A stretch of DNA of 64,000 bases, taken from NCBI RefSeq assembly GCF_027921745.1, contig NC_079240.1:1488001-1552000 (forward strand). Direction: 5' to 3'. Position numbers and translations under genes: made by a program. How positions within the stretch are numbered: position 1 is the first letter of the stretch; every line of letters starts with the position of its first letter. Shown here one piece after another: positions 23,998 through 35,089 of this stretch. This stretch comes from Schizosaccharomyces osmophilus. Its lineage: Eukaryota. A model generated the notes under the pieces. The model saw only the letters and a program-made list of their open reading frames with translations, ran no database searches and was not told the DNA's origin.

Positions 23998-24941
23998 TGA
24001 AGACATCCGTCCACGCACCACCAAGCAATTTTTTTTTTTTTTGTTTTGTTTTATTTAGAGATTTCTTTGTGCTTTCGTTTGCTTTTTATTTCCATTCGTT
24101 CCATAATTTCACGTCAACATTTGTAATGCTCTTATTGTTTCCCTTAGCCCTTGAACCGTCGAGGCTTGTTCAAAGGCTCGTCCAAACAGATAGATAGAGA
24201 TTAAAACTAGTGTCACAAAGGCTATAGAGGCTGTACTGTGCGGGTGTATGCACAAGTGTAGACGCGTAGCCGTCGCTGAGTTTATGTGTATATGTGTTTG
24301 TATGAGTACGAGTCAATGTGTATGTAGACGTATGGTTGTCCTTGTGTGTCTTTTGAGATAACTCGCTGTGTACATATCTCCTTCCTCTCTTAACATTTTA
24401 CTCTAACAACATTTACTGCTTGCAAAACACATTCTTTTCATGACTAGCAATATTAGTATCGAATAAGTATTGAGGTATAACAAAGTAAAGAAAACATAAA
24501 CAAAAAAAAGAACGTTCTATATACATAGGGAAAACATTGGAGTTGGAAGCAACAATTAGCACTAGTTTCTTTTCTACAAAGAAAAGAAAAAATAAAAAAA
24601 TAAAAAAATAAATCATCATATTGCTTCAAGCAAGCAGCACAGACAAGATGAAACGTTGGAAACCCTACCAATAACAGTCGTATATCAATAAAGCTCAAAG
24701 ACATGCTAGGAAGAAACGGGATAGGAAATTTGGATTCTTAAAAAGGAGAAGGGTCATAAAAAATAAAACAACAATATAATAAAATATTAGGAATCCATAG
24801 TAACATTATTTGAAAAGACGAATTAACGGCAGAAAGGTGTCAGTCCTTGGTGGGATACATTCTAACGGATTCAACGGAAAAAGTGTAGAATACAACGGTT
24901 CATTCATGGGTGGCAGTGGTGGTAATGGAGGAGGGGTTCCA

Positions 24942-26168
24942 TTAACAAACTAAAGAGGTGGTGGTCGTGTGCGATGTATAACTGTTTTGGAAATGATCCC
25001 GCAATAAGTCTTCGACAGCAATTGGCTCTGTCGTCGAAGGACCCAAGCCTGGCAAGGGAGCCACTACATAATCAATGTTGCCTTGCAAAAAGAACGGAAT
25101 GGTGTAACGGTCATGGCCACTAGTATTGCAGACTCGGTGCACAGAAGACTTGTAGCGGTTGTTGGTTAAAATTGCCATTATGTCTCCTAAATTGGCAACT
25201 AAGGCATTGGGCCGCGCGCTAACTGCGACAAAAGATTGGGTAACGGGGTCAAGAATTTGCAAACCACGTACTTCATCTTGTGCCATAAGCGTCAAAGCAT
25301 CCGCATCCGTGTGATCGTTCACACCAGTGCGGTTGTAAGAGGGGGGATAACGCAACAGACGGATAGCTGTAGTGGGATCGGAGCAAAATTCATCAAATGC
25401 ATTGGCAGTTAATCCAAGAGATTCGGCCAACAGACACATGACTTGGTTGGCAAAAACGGCCATTTCGTCATGGTATTGGACAAGAGCAGTGCGGAAACCG
25501 GCGCCTGTATTCACAGGCCATTTGTTGGGTCCTTGAAAAGGACGCAGGAGTCGTTCTTTGGACAAATTGTCATTCCCAAAATAAAAACTTTCGCGAAATT
25601 CATTAGACATACATTCGGAATCGTGAAGAGCGGCATTGTTGCTTTCAGTCGGAGTAATGTCTTCGACAAGCCCAGTGTTCCACGGAATCGGGGACGAATT
25701 GGGGGGTTCAGCATGCGTGGAAAGCGATTGTGCAGAGGGAATCGGACAACCAAGGGAGGAAGGTGTAAAGGAAGAGCTTCTAGGAAAAGATAAATCATCG
25801 TCCATTGGCACTCCATCCAAAGAAGAATCTTCTTCGCCCTCCAAAACAAAATCCTGAAGCAACTCGTAGCCACGGTTGCTAAACATGTCTTTGCTCAGCA
25901 TAAGCTTTTCATCAAACGGAAGTTCAAAGAAATGCGTAGAGGCACGAAAGGCATTCTTGATCACGTCTTTACTCACGGGATGGTTGATGATTTGGAAAAA
26001 GCCCGTCGATTCACAAGCAACACGGAGATCCTTGACAATCTTTTCATGCGCATCCGGTTCATTAGCTAGTAAAGGACCAAAGTCAATGACTGGACAAAGA
26101 CGCTCTTCCTCCTGAGGAGTGGCTGTCCTGACGGAATCAGCCGTACTTTGGATCAATTGCGACAACAT
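24942..26168 (-). CDS. isp7: 2-oxoglutarate/Fe(II) dioxygenase Isp7
   Basis: PVIDF, ACESTGFFQIINH, HTD..H facial triad (HTDADALT; SVHRV), RYTIPFF; synteny. Confidence 0.9.
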   Translation of the reverse strand: MLSQLIQSTADSVRTATPQEEERLCPVIDFGPLLANEPDAHEKIVKDLRVACESTGFFQIINHPVSKDVIKNAFRASTHFFELPFDEKLMLSKDMFSNRGYELLQDFVLEGEEDSSLDGVPMDDDLSFPRSSSFTPSSLGCPIPSAQSLSTHAEPPNSSPIPWNTGLVEDITPTESNNAALHDSECMSNEFRESFYFGNDNLSKERLLRPFQGPNKWPVNTGAGFRTALVQYHDEMAVFANQVMCLLAESLGLTANAFDEFCSDPTTAIRLLRYPPSYNRTGVNDHTDADALTLMAQDEVRGLQILDPVTQSFVAVSARPNALVANLGDIMAILTNNRYKSSVHRVCNTSGHDRYTIPFFLQGNIDYVVAPLPGLGPSTTEPIAVEDLLRDHFQNSYTSHTTTTSLVC

Positions 26169-27466
26169 CGGTACTTTCGAATCACAGAAGGGTGGGGGTT
26201 ATCAAAAATCCGATTTGGTATTTTGTTGGTTGATTTTGTATTGATCTCGCTTTGCTTCGTTGTGATCAGTGTTATGAAGAATTAGAGGGAGAGGAGAAAA
26301 AGTGATGTTAAAAATCAAACGAATTTTTAAACTGTTGAATCAAGAAAAAAAAACTTTTAACTAATAAAAACAACGAGACTATGAATTACCACAAATCCCA
26401 ATTGCAAAAAAAAAAAAATAAAAGATAGGCAAATGGATGACTATCTATTAGAAATGTCAACTTGCAAAGAATGACAAGTACTCAATTACGAGCAAATCTC
26501 GCTTTGCCTAAAGGAACAACAACGAAAAGAAATTCAAAAAAAATAAAAAACGACAGAAGAGAAGAAACCCTCCACAAAAAATAGTCGGTTTTTTTTTTCT
26601 AGAGGCGTCCAAAAAGTGCTTCCCAAAAGTATTACAAGCACACGTCTTTGAAACGTCGTCTTCAAACGGTTTGAATGAATTAAGGAAGAATATAAAAATT
26701 AAACCAACAAAATGAAAATACAAGTTCGCTATAGTGTTTTTTTTTTTTTTGTAATTCTTTTTTAATAAGATATATAAAAAAAAAAAAAAAAGAGAAAAGG
26801 ACTTTGTGTCAAAATGGATGTTGAAGAATCAAAAGGATTATTCTTTCATGAATGGGAATCACTCTTTTTATATTACAATTCCAATCCTTATCTTTGATTT
26901 TTGACTAAATGCTTATCTATCAAGGCAAGGGGCGAACAGCCAATGAAATTCAATCTGATATAATTGGACTTGTCAAATAAATACATCAAAACAATCCGAA
27001 AAGTTAATTCCCAAATAAAACATAAATAAATACATAACCGATAGAAATCAAAATAAACAAACCAAAGGGATTGCAGCAACAGAAAAACCAAATAACACAG
27101 GTTTCTTTTTACGTAGAGTTTTATTTTGATTGTTAGAACGCTCTATTTGGAGGGTTGGAAACGATACGATTTCATCTAAGTGGTACGCTTCTTTATAGAC
27201 AGCCCTCGTAATGGGAAAGCATGTCAAAGTGAAACGAGTCGATGAGGTGTTGACGTCGTTGACTTTTCTTATTTTTTTCTGACAAAAGCTCAAATTTTCT
27301 AAACTTTTTGAGACGGTTTTTTTACTGCTTTCTCTTCTGTATCGTTCGTTTTGGCATATATTGTTTACTCGACATTCGGCTAGGGGTCGTCCGTTACCTG
27401 GTAAGGGACATGAAAATTTTCATCTTATGATGTTTGTATCCTGGTGATCGGCCGTGGACAACGGGT

Positions 27467-27480
27467 GCGACGCGACGCGT
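27467..27480. promoter_or_regulatory. Tandem MCB-type element
   Basis: GCGACGCGACGCGT, containing CGCGACGCGT, in an AT-rich intergenic region. Confidence 0.55.
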
Positions 27481-28067
27481 TGGTTTTTTCTTGTGTTTGT
27501 TAGTAAACAAAGGAAATAGATAGAAATAAATAAACGAAAAAAATAATGACAAATGGAAATGTAGATTTCGGCACTTTGGTCTTTTCTTTTTTGTTGTTTT
27601 AATTTCTTTTTTCGTTCAAACTGTTAGATCCTTGGTTAATTCTTTATTCTACAGACAAAATCAACATCCTCAGTCTTTCACAACTAGATAAATACAAACA
27701 TACAATCCCAATTGCATGCCTATCAACGTTCCATTCCATCGATCATCTGCTCTGTAAAACAATACACATTCCATATATTCTCTTATCGTCTTCCAAACGA
27801 GTTGGCAGTTCTTCCACTTCCCTGGATACAATTATACCTGTTGGTCTTGGAGGTTTGGTTAATCACGGTAGAAATATCCCAATAGCTTTTCAATAGCTGA
27901 AACCTTTAATACTCTATTCAATCTCCTTCTCCTCCCCGACCCTTTCCAACGCCGCTTTACGCATGTCTGGTTTCACTTCCATTTGAAGAGTTTCTTTCCT
28001 TCAGGAGCCCTACGAATTCCATCTAACAAATTCATCCTTCCTTGTATCCGCTCTCTTCTTCTTATGA

Positions 28068-28943
28068 ATGCATAGAATGTCCTCCAAGGACCATGATGAC
28101 CAAGATACCTTGACGGAGGAAATTTCATCGTTAGAGCTGAAACGTCAAACCTTGTTTGCGCGACTCAAACACTTGGAGGAAGAAAACTTGTCCAACAAAA
28201 AAAAATCCCTTGATCCAATCAAGATTTTCACCCAACAACCTTTTCAAGCTCCTTCTCTCAACTTTGAACGTCTCTCGGGCATTTCCTTTTTCATTCCTCA
28301 TGACCCAGAAGAGCAATCTAGAAAAAAATTGCTTGTAAAAGATCCAAAAAATTTTCACATTGGTTCTGCCCCTTTGATTCCTCTCTTGGGTGTCCGGTTT
28401 GATTTTATGATGCATCCCATGCAAACCATGTTTCCTTCTCCAACCTCCGATTCTTCCTTCCAATACGTCCCTGTCAATGGAAACACCTTTGAAGCTCCTC
28501 ATTACATTATTTTCCGTGTTTTTGAGGACGCCCTTTCCCTTTACAAATACACCATCCCAAACTTTTTTCGTCTAGACGCCTGGGCCGACGACTATTTGAC
28601 CTCAAAGCACCCTGATCGACTGCGTCTCTTTCTCTGGAGAGTTCATAAATTACTTACTGCCCATGCTTGCCGAAAAAATCTACTTTCGCAACTCAACGAC
28701 ACTTTTCAAGAACACGCTTCTATACAAATCTCCGCTGATTTGACTTACACTCACGTTGAAATCAACATACAAGATCAATGGAAGGCCAGATTCTTTTGCT
28801 TTATGGACTCGACCCGCATCCAACGTTGTCAAATCTTTGAATGCCGTCCTACATGGCACAGGGATTACACTATGGAAGCAACTCTCCTTTCTGAGGATGT
28901 ATGGTTAGATATTTTACATAGAAAAATCAAAACATTCGTCTAA
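28068..28943 (+). CDS. mal2: Inner kinetochore CENP-O ortholog Mal2
   Basis: N-terminal coiled coil, RLSGISFF, LGVRFD, PHYIIF, YKYTIPNF; synteny. Confidence 0.85.
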   Translation: MHRMSSKDHDDQDTLTEEISSLELKRQTLFARLKHLEEENLSNKKKSLDPIKIFTQQPFQAPSLNFERLSGISFFIPHDPEEQSRKKLLVKDPKNFHIGSAPLIPLLGVRFDFMMHPMQTMFPSPTSDSSFQYVPVNGNTFEAPHYIIFRVFEDALSLYKYTIPNFFRLDAWADDYLTSKHPDRLRLFLWRVHKLLTAHACRKNLLSQLNDTFQEHASIQISADLTYTHVEINIQDQWKARFFCFMDSTRIQRCQIFECRPTWHRDYTMEATLLSEDVWLDILHRKIKTFV

Positions 28944-29122
28944 TCAAAAGTAATTTACCTTTCTCGTCATCCCACTTTTCCAACATTGTTTCCTTGAACC
29001 GTATGGGGTATTCTAGCAAAACAAACTTGGCGTACCCAGTCGTACCCGTACTGAACCCCAAAACCAAAACCAAGCTACGCATAAACTTACATCTTTCTTT
29101 TTTTTTTGTCTCTTTCCTGGAC

Positions 29123-29809
29123 TCACTTTAGGTTTCGCCTTGGTTTCAATCGTTTTGCAAGTTGTGTTTCCAATTGTTGCTTAATTCTATCCATTCGCCT
29201 TCGATTTTCAGCAAAATACTCTACTGTTCTTTTAATAAGCCATGTCATATACTCTTTTGTCACAAATAATTGGATCCTTTCAGACGTGTCTACAACTCCA
29301 ATAGGAACGTCAATCTTTAGACTCGTCCGAATCGCTACAATGTACTTATTTGTGCTTCCTTGAATCCCTGTCTCTCGAAACCCACAGCTCATCGCTACTC
29401 GTTGCAAGTGCTGAGCTGTCTCCAAGGATCGAGTTTGGACATGCAAAATCATCGGCTCGAACGCAAACTGAATCTCCCTGGATCCTTCAGGCGGTGCTTC
29501 CGGCACTTTCCCATAATCAACATTTTCTACGTCAAAGGGTGTAGGCAATTCTGTGCATGGTTCGTGAGATACGAAAAGCCAGTAACCACCTCCTTTTCTG
29601 GACGTTAATCCTTGTACATAGACAGAAATTCTTCCAGAACACGAACTTGTCGTAACCCAATCTGGGTGTGAGTTTATCACATCCAGTAATGGAAAAATAG
29701 GGCTATCTGGATTTCCTTTAGGAGAAGCGTCCGGCAAGGAAGAAGTCAATTCTTTCAGAATTTGTTCTTTTTGATTATCAAACGTTTCTAATTGATTGTT
29801 GGGATCCAT
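29123..29809 (-). CDS. tyw3: tRNA wybutosine methyltransferase Tyw3
   Basis: DASPKG, TTSSCSGRI, FEPMILHV, GFRETG, VAIRT. Confidence 0.95.
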   Translation of the reverse strand: MDPNNQLETFDNQKEQILKELTSSLPDASPKGNPDSPIFPLLDVINSHPDWVTTSSCSGRISVYVQGLTSRKGGGYWLFVSHEPCTELPTPFDVENVDYGKVPEAPPEGSREIQFAFEPMILHVQTRSLETAQHLQRVAMSCGFRETGIQGSTNKYIVAIRTSLKIDVPIGVVDTSERIQLFVTKEYMTWLIKRTVEYFAENRRRMDRIKQQLETQLAKRLKPRRNLK

Positions 29810-30129
29810 CCTTATTTACAGTATAGCAAAAACCAATCTGAAACTGGTTTTGCTTGTGGTGGAAATTTTGGTTAGGGCTTTCTTCAAGTGTACAATACAT
29901 TTTGTTCAAAGATCGAATATTTATTCTTAAACTAAGGTCAGGGCTTTAAATTTAGGTTCAAATCAAAAATAAAAAACTACTCAGGTGTTTTTTTTCTATT
30001 ATTTTCTTGCCAAAACCTATCTATGAATTAGGAACTTGATGCTCAAAGTTAGACCTTCGTTTTCATTCCTAGTTCGTTTACGACTTTACATATTGCTTTT
30101 GTTTTAAGTTATAGAGCTTTCTTACAAAA

Positions 30130-32208
30130 ATGAAACGATTTGGTCAGAAAACACAATCAAAAGATACCAATGTGAAAAGGTCGAAATTCGCCGATGCTAG
30201 ACATATTCAAGTAGAATCTCCTGCGTTGAAGAATGGTGCTGTCGATATAAAACGGTTTGTAGAATCCAGGTCCTTTGAGATTTCTGCCTTACAAGATGCT
30301 ATGCATCGGTCGAAACACTCAAGTGCTCAACGAGCCTTTCAAGCTCTTCCACGATGTCTGAGAAGACGTGCGGCTTCCCACAATATAAAAAGAATCCCAA
30401 AGGCCCTACGGGATCGTGCTTATTATGAAATGCAGCTAAGTTCTTCTGCAACAACCCCCGTTACCCCTTCCAAGCAACGCCTAAAGAGATTTATAAAACG
30501 ACTTCATAGAAAGTTAGCTCGCCACGGTAGTAGTCCTAAAATTACAAACTCTGGACAGCTACAAACAGAGCACTCAACTGAAAATTCTAGGATCCCATTA
30601 CTGCCTGCAGTGAAGTTAGTAAACGGAAAATTTGCTGGACGGCAATTACGAAAAGTTTGGTTACCGACTCACCTTTGGACTGCCAAACGTGCCCACATGA
30701 TGAACGCATGGGGTTATGCAATACCGGAGAGTCCAACTGAAAAGTCTTATCGACCTACCCACAGAGCTGCTTTTTGTTTGAATGCCATTGCATTTGATAT
30801 GTCTTATCAACCATTATTTGCTATTACTGGACCTCTAAGAGTTTTACAAGAAACATTTGGAGATTGCTTTACCACAGGACTACCTAGTGCATACACAAAA
30901 ACTTATCGTTCGTTCAATAGTTATGTCAAAAATTCACAAACAAACGAGCTTTTATGTCCTTGTTTATTACAATGGCATAATCCTAGCGAAGATTGCAAAA
31001 CTAAATTTCCGATCCGCAATAATGGAAGTGCAGTTCAACTAGTTGTCCGACTCCATGCTTCTGCTTTTTTAGATGCATGGAACCATTTATCAAGCATTGC
31101 TGTTGTAGATGATCAAATTGCTATGCACGATTGGAGATTGCAATTGGCTTCTTTTGACATTTTGGGTCCTGATGCTAATGTAGTTCTTCATGACATTTTT
31201 CCAGACGTTCAATCTTCAGAAAAAAGAACATGGGAATCAGTGTCTAAATTACCTACTACTTCTCTTCCATTTGGCGCATCTATCGATTTCGATGCCCCGT
31301 TGGTAAATCATGAATCTGAATTGAGACAAGAAGGAAACGGGAAAAAAAAAGATAATAAAGAAAGTAAAAGCAATGAAGCTCCAGACAGCGAATTTGGTTT
31401 ATTGTGGGACAAACATGAAACACCTTCTTTTAATGTTTTTAATTATGTACAACAGAAAAAAGACTTACCGCTGAACGTTCAAAAGGACTTAGTGCCTGTT
31501 TACTTAACCCATCAACCAAAGTGGAATGGGGTAACTGTTATATTACCTTGGGAGGCAGCGAAATTTTTTTGGCAGAAATTAATGTTTCGGAAAGGTGTAC
31601 GATTTGGAGGACTGAAGAATTTACATCAAATTGCTTTCGAAAAAAAGATGCCTTTCTTTCCTGCTGATTATCCTGATACAAAGAGTGGTCAGGCATATGA
31701 GGTTCAACGAAAGCAACGTAACGAGGAATACTGGAGGAGACGGCCACCAGCAAAAAGAGTGAACTTTGAAAATTTTGGGAAGAATTTCTCTGAGATTGGT
31801 GACCCATTTAGTTGTGATTGGGATTGCTTCCGGGATGATTCACACTCCAATACCATAGAACGAACTGCTCAGTTCTTCAAAAGAGTTGAAGTTCGAATGG
31901 TGCAAAGAGGTGCTTTACACGATCGGGCTCGAGTTTATAGTATAGATCACGGCAAAATTGATGTTTGGAAAAAACTGATTTACGACAAAAAGATAACAGC
32001 GGAGGCTGCTGAATATCCTCCTTGTCCGGAGACTGATGCATTATGTGGCTTTGTGACAACTGCAAATTTTAATCTCACTGCTGGCAGGCCTTCAGGCATC
32101 GCTACTATAAAATCTGGAGTGCTGGATGGAGAATCCCAAGGCTATTGCCTTATTCGTAATGTGGGCTGCTCTATCCCTCGATTGGCTCAATGGAAGATAT
32201 TGCTTTAA
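30130..32208 (+). CDS. pop100: RNase P/MRP subunit Pop1
   Basis: FQALPRCLRRRAASHN, WLPTHLWTAKRAHM, FPADYPDT, GFVTTANFNL. Confidence 0.95.
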   Translation: MKRFGQKTQSKDTNVKRSKFADARHIQVESPALKNGAVDIKRFVESRSFEISALQDAMHRSKHSSAQRAFQALPRCLRRRAASHNIKRIPKALRDRAYYEMQLSSSATTPVTPSKQRLKRFIKRLHRKLARHGSSPKITNSGQLQTEHSTENSRIPLLPAVKLVNGKFAGRQLRKVWLPTHLWTAKRAHMMNAWGYAIPESPTEKSYRPTHRAAFCLNAIAFDMSYQPLFAITGPLRVLQETFGDCFTTGLPSAYTKTYRSFNSYVKNSQTNELLCPCLLQWHNPSEDCKTKFPIRNNGSAVQLVVRLHASAFLDAWNHLSSIAVVDDQIAMHDWRLQLASFDILGPDANVVLHDIFPDVQSSEKRTWESVSKLPTTSLPFGASIDFDAPLVNHESELRQEGNGKKKDNKESKSNEAPDSEFGLLWDKHETPSFNVFNYVQQKKDLPLNVQKDLVPVYLTHQPKWNGVTVILPWEAAKFFWQKLMFRKGVRFGGLKNLHQIAFEKKMPFFPADYPDTKSGQAYEVQRKQRNEEYWRRRPPAKRVNFENFGKNFSEIGDPFSCDWDCFRDDSHSNTIERTAQFFKRVEVRMVQRGALHDRARVYSIDHGKIDVWKKLIYDKKITAEAAEYPPCPETDALCGFVTTANFNLTAGRPSGIATIKSGVLDGESQGYCLIRNVGCSIPRLAQWKILL

Positions 32209-32780
32209 ATCATCTATTAGCGATAAAGTTGTATTTCTGTGGGCTCTTTGTACTCCGTTCAATCCTTTCTATAGATTACTTCCTATCGCCCAGTCTTCCA
32301 TTTAGAGAAAGCATAGCGCTGAGATGGGTGATTCCGGTAGAAGGAAAACTAGGTGTATAGCTTAATTCATTTTTGAGTATAGGCAAACTAATTAAGAAGT
32401 AATGGCTTTCGATATCAGATCCCTTAATCAACAATACTACCAATTTACGACGAAAGCACATACGAGACAGACATTCATTGATAAATGTAGATGAAAAAGG
32501 GAACTTTTTTTAAGCAACTTGGTCATACATTCTGCAATGGTTTTAAATTTCGTATCTTGCTTCTTTTACCTTCTCTTTTCCTACATCATATTAAAGCTTT
32601 AAAAGGATTCAGTACCGTGCAATATGCAAACACTTCTTAGCGAAAATGAAAATGCTTCCTTATTTGTGATTTCTTTATAGAACAGGAAAACGACGTTTGT
32701 CGTTTGCCAGAATCCCAAAGGCTCATTAAACCATTTACAAGATCTTCCATTTGGCCTTGGATTTGCACTACTTTGAGAGA

Positions 32781-33680
32781 ATGGAAGGTATTATATTAGC
32801 CTCAGCGGCAATCGCGACTGTTTACATTGGCTCAGAATGGTCAACACGCGAAACAAATCCAGAAGAAAAGCACACGATAAATAAGAAGCTTGCAGCATTG
32901 TTCCCTGTGTTTGGCGGACTTACCCTTGTGGGTATGTATCTGATTCTTCGTTATTATGGAAAAGAATATATCCAGCTTATTTTGCAGGGCTATGGCAGTT
33001 TTGCAGCAGCCATGTGCTTTTTGCGGACCCTGAATCCCAAGTCTACGCTCGGAAAATCGTTTAGTGTACTGTTGACAGCTGCAATTACTTTCCACTATGT
33101 AAAAACAAAGCACTGGTTCACTTCCAACTTGCTTGCATGGACTCTGGCAGCCAATTCTATTAGTATGATGCGGATTGACTCTTTTGCTACTGGAGCCGTT
33201 CTTCTAGCTTGTCTGTTTGTATACGACATTTACTTCGTTTTCGGAACCGATGTCATGGTCACTGTAGCAACTGGAATCGACATTCCAGCGAAATATGTGA
33301 TTCCCAATTTCACAAAGCCTGGCCGATTCTCTATGCTTGGCTTGGGTGATATCGTTATGCCCGGTCTTATGGTCAGTTTGATGCAACGTTTCGACGTTCA
33401 CAATGCGCAAACACACAAGGATAAGAATACCACTACCCCCTACTTAAAATGGACCCTTTTTGCTTACACTTTAGGACTTGCTATCACCAACGTCGCCTTA
33501 TACTATTTCCGTGCTGCTCAACCAGCACTCCTCTACCTTAGCCCTGCCTCTATCCTAGCACCTCTGTTGACTGCTTGGTACCGCAAAGAGCTAACTTCTT
33601 TATTTGCCTTTCGCAGTGAAGAGCAGACAGAATCCGATAAAAAAAAAGATGAGTCTACTCTAGAAAACAAGGAAAATTAA
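32781..33680 (+). CDS. ypf1: Signal peptide peptidase-type intramembrane aspartyl protease
   Basis: YD, LGLGD and QPALLY motifs; first ATG at 32781. Confidence 0.93.
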   Translation: MEGIILASAAIATVYIGSEWSTRETNPEEKHTINKKLAALFPVFGGLTLVGMYLILRYYGKEYIQLILQGYGSFAAAMCFLRTLNPKSTLGKSFSVLLTAAITFHYVKTKHWFTSNLLAWTLAANSISMMRIDSFATGAVLLACLFVYDIYFVFGTDVMVTVATGIDIPAKYVIPNFTKPGRFSMLGLGDIVMPGLMVSLMQRFDVHNAQTHKDKNTTTPYLKWTLFAYTLGLAITNVALYYFRAAQPALLYLSPASILAPLLTAWYRKELTSLFAFRSEEQTESDKKKDESTLENKEN

Positions 33681-34109
33681 CTCTCGCATTAGGACTCCTT
33701 TTCGGGTTTCATCTTTCTTACTTTTTTTATTATTCCTTATCTTTCCTACCTTTTTGAAAATACTTTCCCTTTCATGAACCTGCTTTCCACTTCCTTGTAC
33801 TATCTTTTTCGTCCTTTAGCACAGTCCATAATAGGACTCGCAAATTCTTTCGTGACATAACACATATCCAAATCCAGTACTTTCATTAAAAAACAATCTT
33901 TGTCTTTAACCACAAGACGAGTTCGTTTTAAAAATATATCCCAGTTTCTCTGCAATTTAAATTTCTTATCTTTGAAGGGGTCCTTGACGTTTCCGACAGC
34001 GCTAAAAATTCTTGCTTACGTTGACTTAATATCAAGTTCTTGGCTCTTCCTTACTTATTCTTTTGCTTCCTGCTTTTGTTTACAGAAAAAATACTGGTTT
34101 CTTTTCGAC

Positions 34110-34475
34110 ATGTTTGGTTTAACGACAAAAAGAATATTGACCCTTTTCGCTCGAAAGCGTAATACAGTAATTGAAGAAAAACTTACAGAATTCATGATTC
34201 TTGGTGAAAGAACTAATAATAAACAATTTCGATACCAATTGCAAGTCGAAATGGATCCTCCTACCCAAGATCAAATGAGTTTCTTGCTAAATAGTATACA
34301 GAAGGAACAAAGCCATTTACTAATTTCGGGAGCTACTTCTGTTCAGGATGCATTAAATAAATATCAAAGTGATTTCCGAACTTTTCGACGTCCTTGTCTT
34401 GTCGACTGGGACAATGGAAAAGTAAGTCCTTATTCCTTACTTCTACAAACTCGGGATCTGAAAGAATTACTGTGA
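34110..34475 (+). CDS. Mitochondrial thioredoxin-like protein (Fmp46/DUF1687-like)
   Basis: ATG at 34110; PPTQDQ and FRRPCLVDWDNGK match my recollection of the family; synteny. Confidence 0.75.
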   Translation: MFGLTTKRILTLFARKRNTVIEEKLTEFMILGERTNNKQFRYQLQVEMDPPTQDQMSFLLNSIQKEQSHLLISGATSVQDALNKYQSDFRTFRRPCLVDWDNGKVSPYSLLLQTRDLKELL

Positions 34476-35089
34476 TGAATTCCACTTTTTTCTACTTTCC
34501 TAAACTCGACTTGAAAATGAAATGGCCCTTGATGAATGTCTCCGTATATTGTACATGTAGTATCACACTGCAATTACACATTGTATAATAGCAAAAAAAA
34601 AGGTAATATTCTATTTATTAAGCTAAAAAAAAAAAAAAAAGCCGTTCATGCAAATCAAAATCATTCAACAGCGAGAACTCGTGCATTAATAAATACTTTG
34701 CGAATTATATAGAAATGTCTCCCTTAAATAAGCGCCCAATTAATATAAGTGATCTCTGATTCATATTCCTCCTTTGCTTCTATCAAGAAAAACGGAGTGT
34801 ATTATACGCAAGTCACTTTTTCCTTCAGTCGTGTTTGTAAAATCTTAAAGAAAGTAAATGGCACGTTAAAAAGGTCTTCAACCTTTTTACCAGTAAGGGT
34901 AAAAAGACATTTTCGACACATTCCATTCACCACTTGTTAATGGCGAATATTCTTTCAAAAACCTTTTCATAGCATCATAAGATAATAAAATAAAATAAAA
35001 AAACAAAAACCAAAATGAAAACCAAAAACATATATAGGAACTGATAACCTATTGTACAGCACAATCATGGACCTCAAATCAGTGCAAAC

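Noticed and set aside
24230..24380. TG/TA alternating tract containing one ACGCGT
   Set aside because: Imperfect low-complexity sequence with no repeat unit; a lone MCB core is not informative.
29117..29126. GTGAGT donor-like site overlapping the tyw3 stop codon
   Set aside because: No clear branch point or acceptor downstream, and the protein already looks complete.
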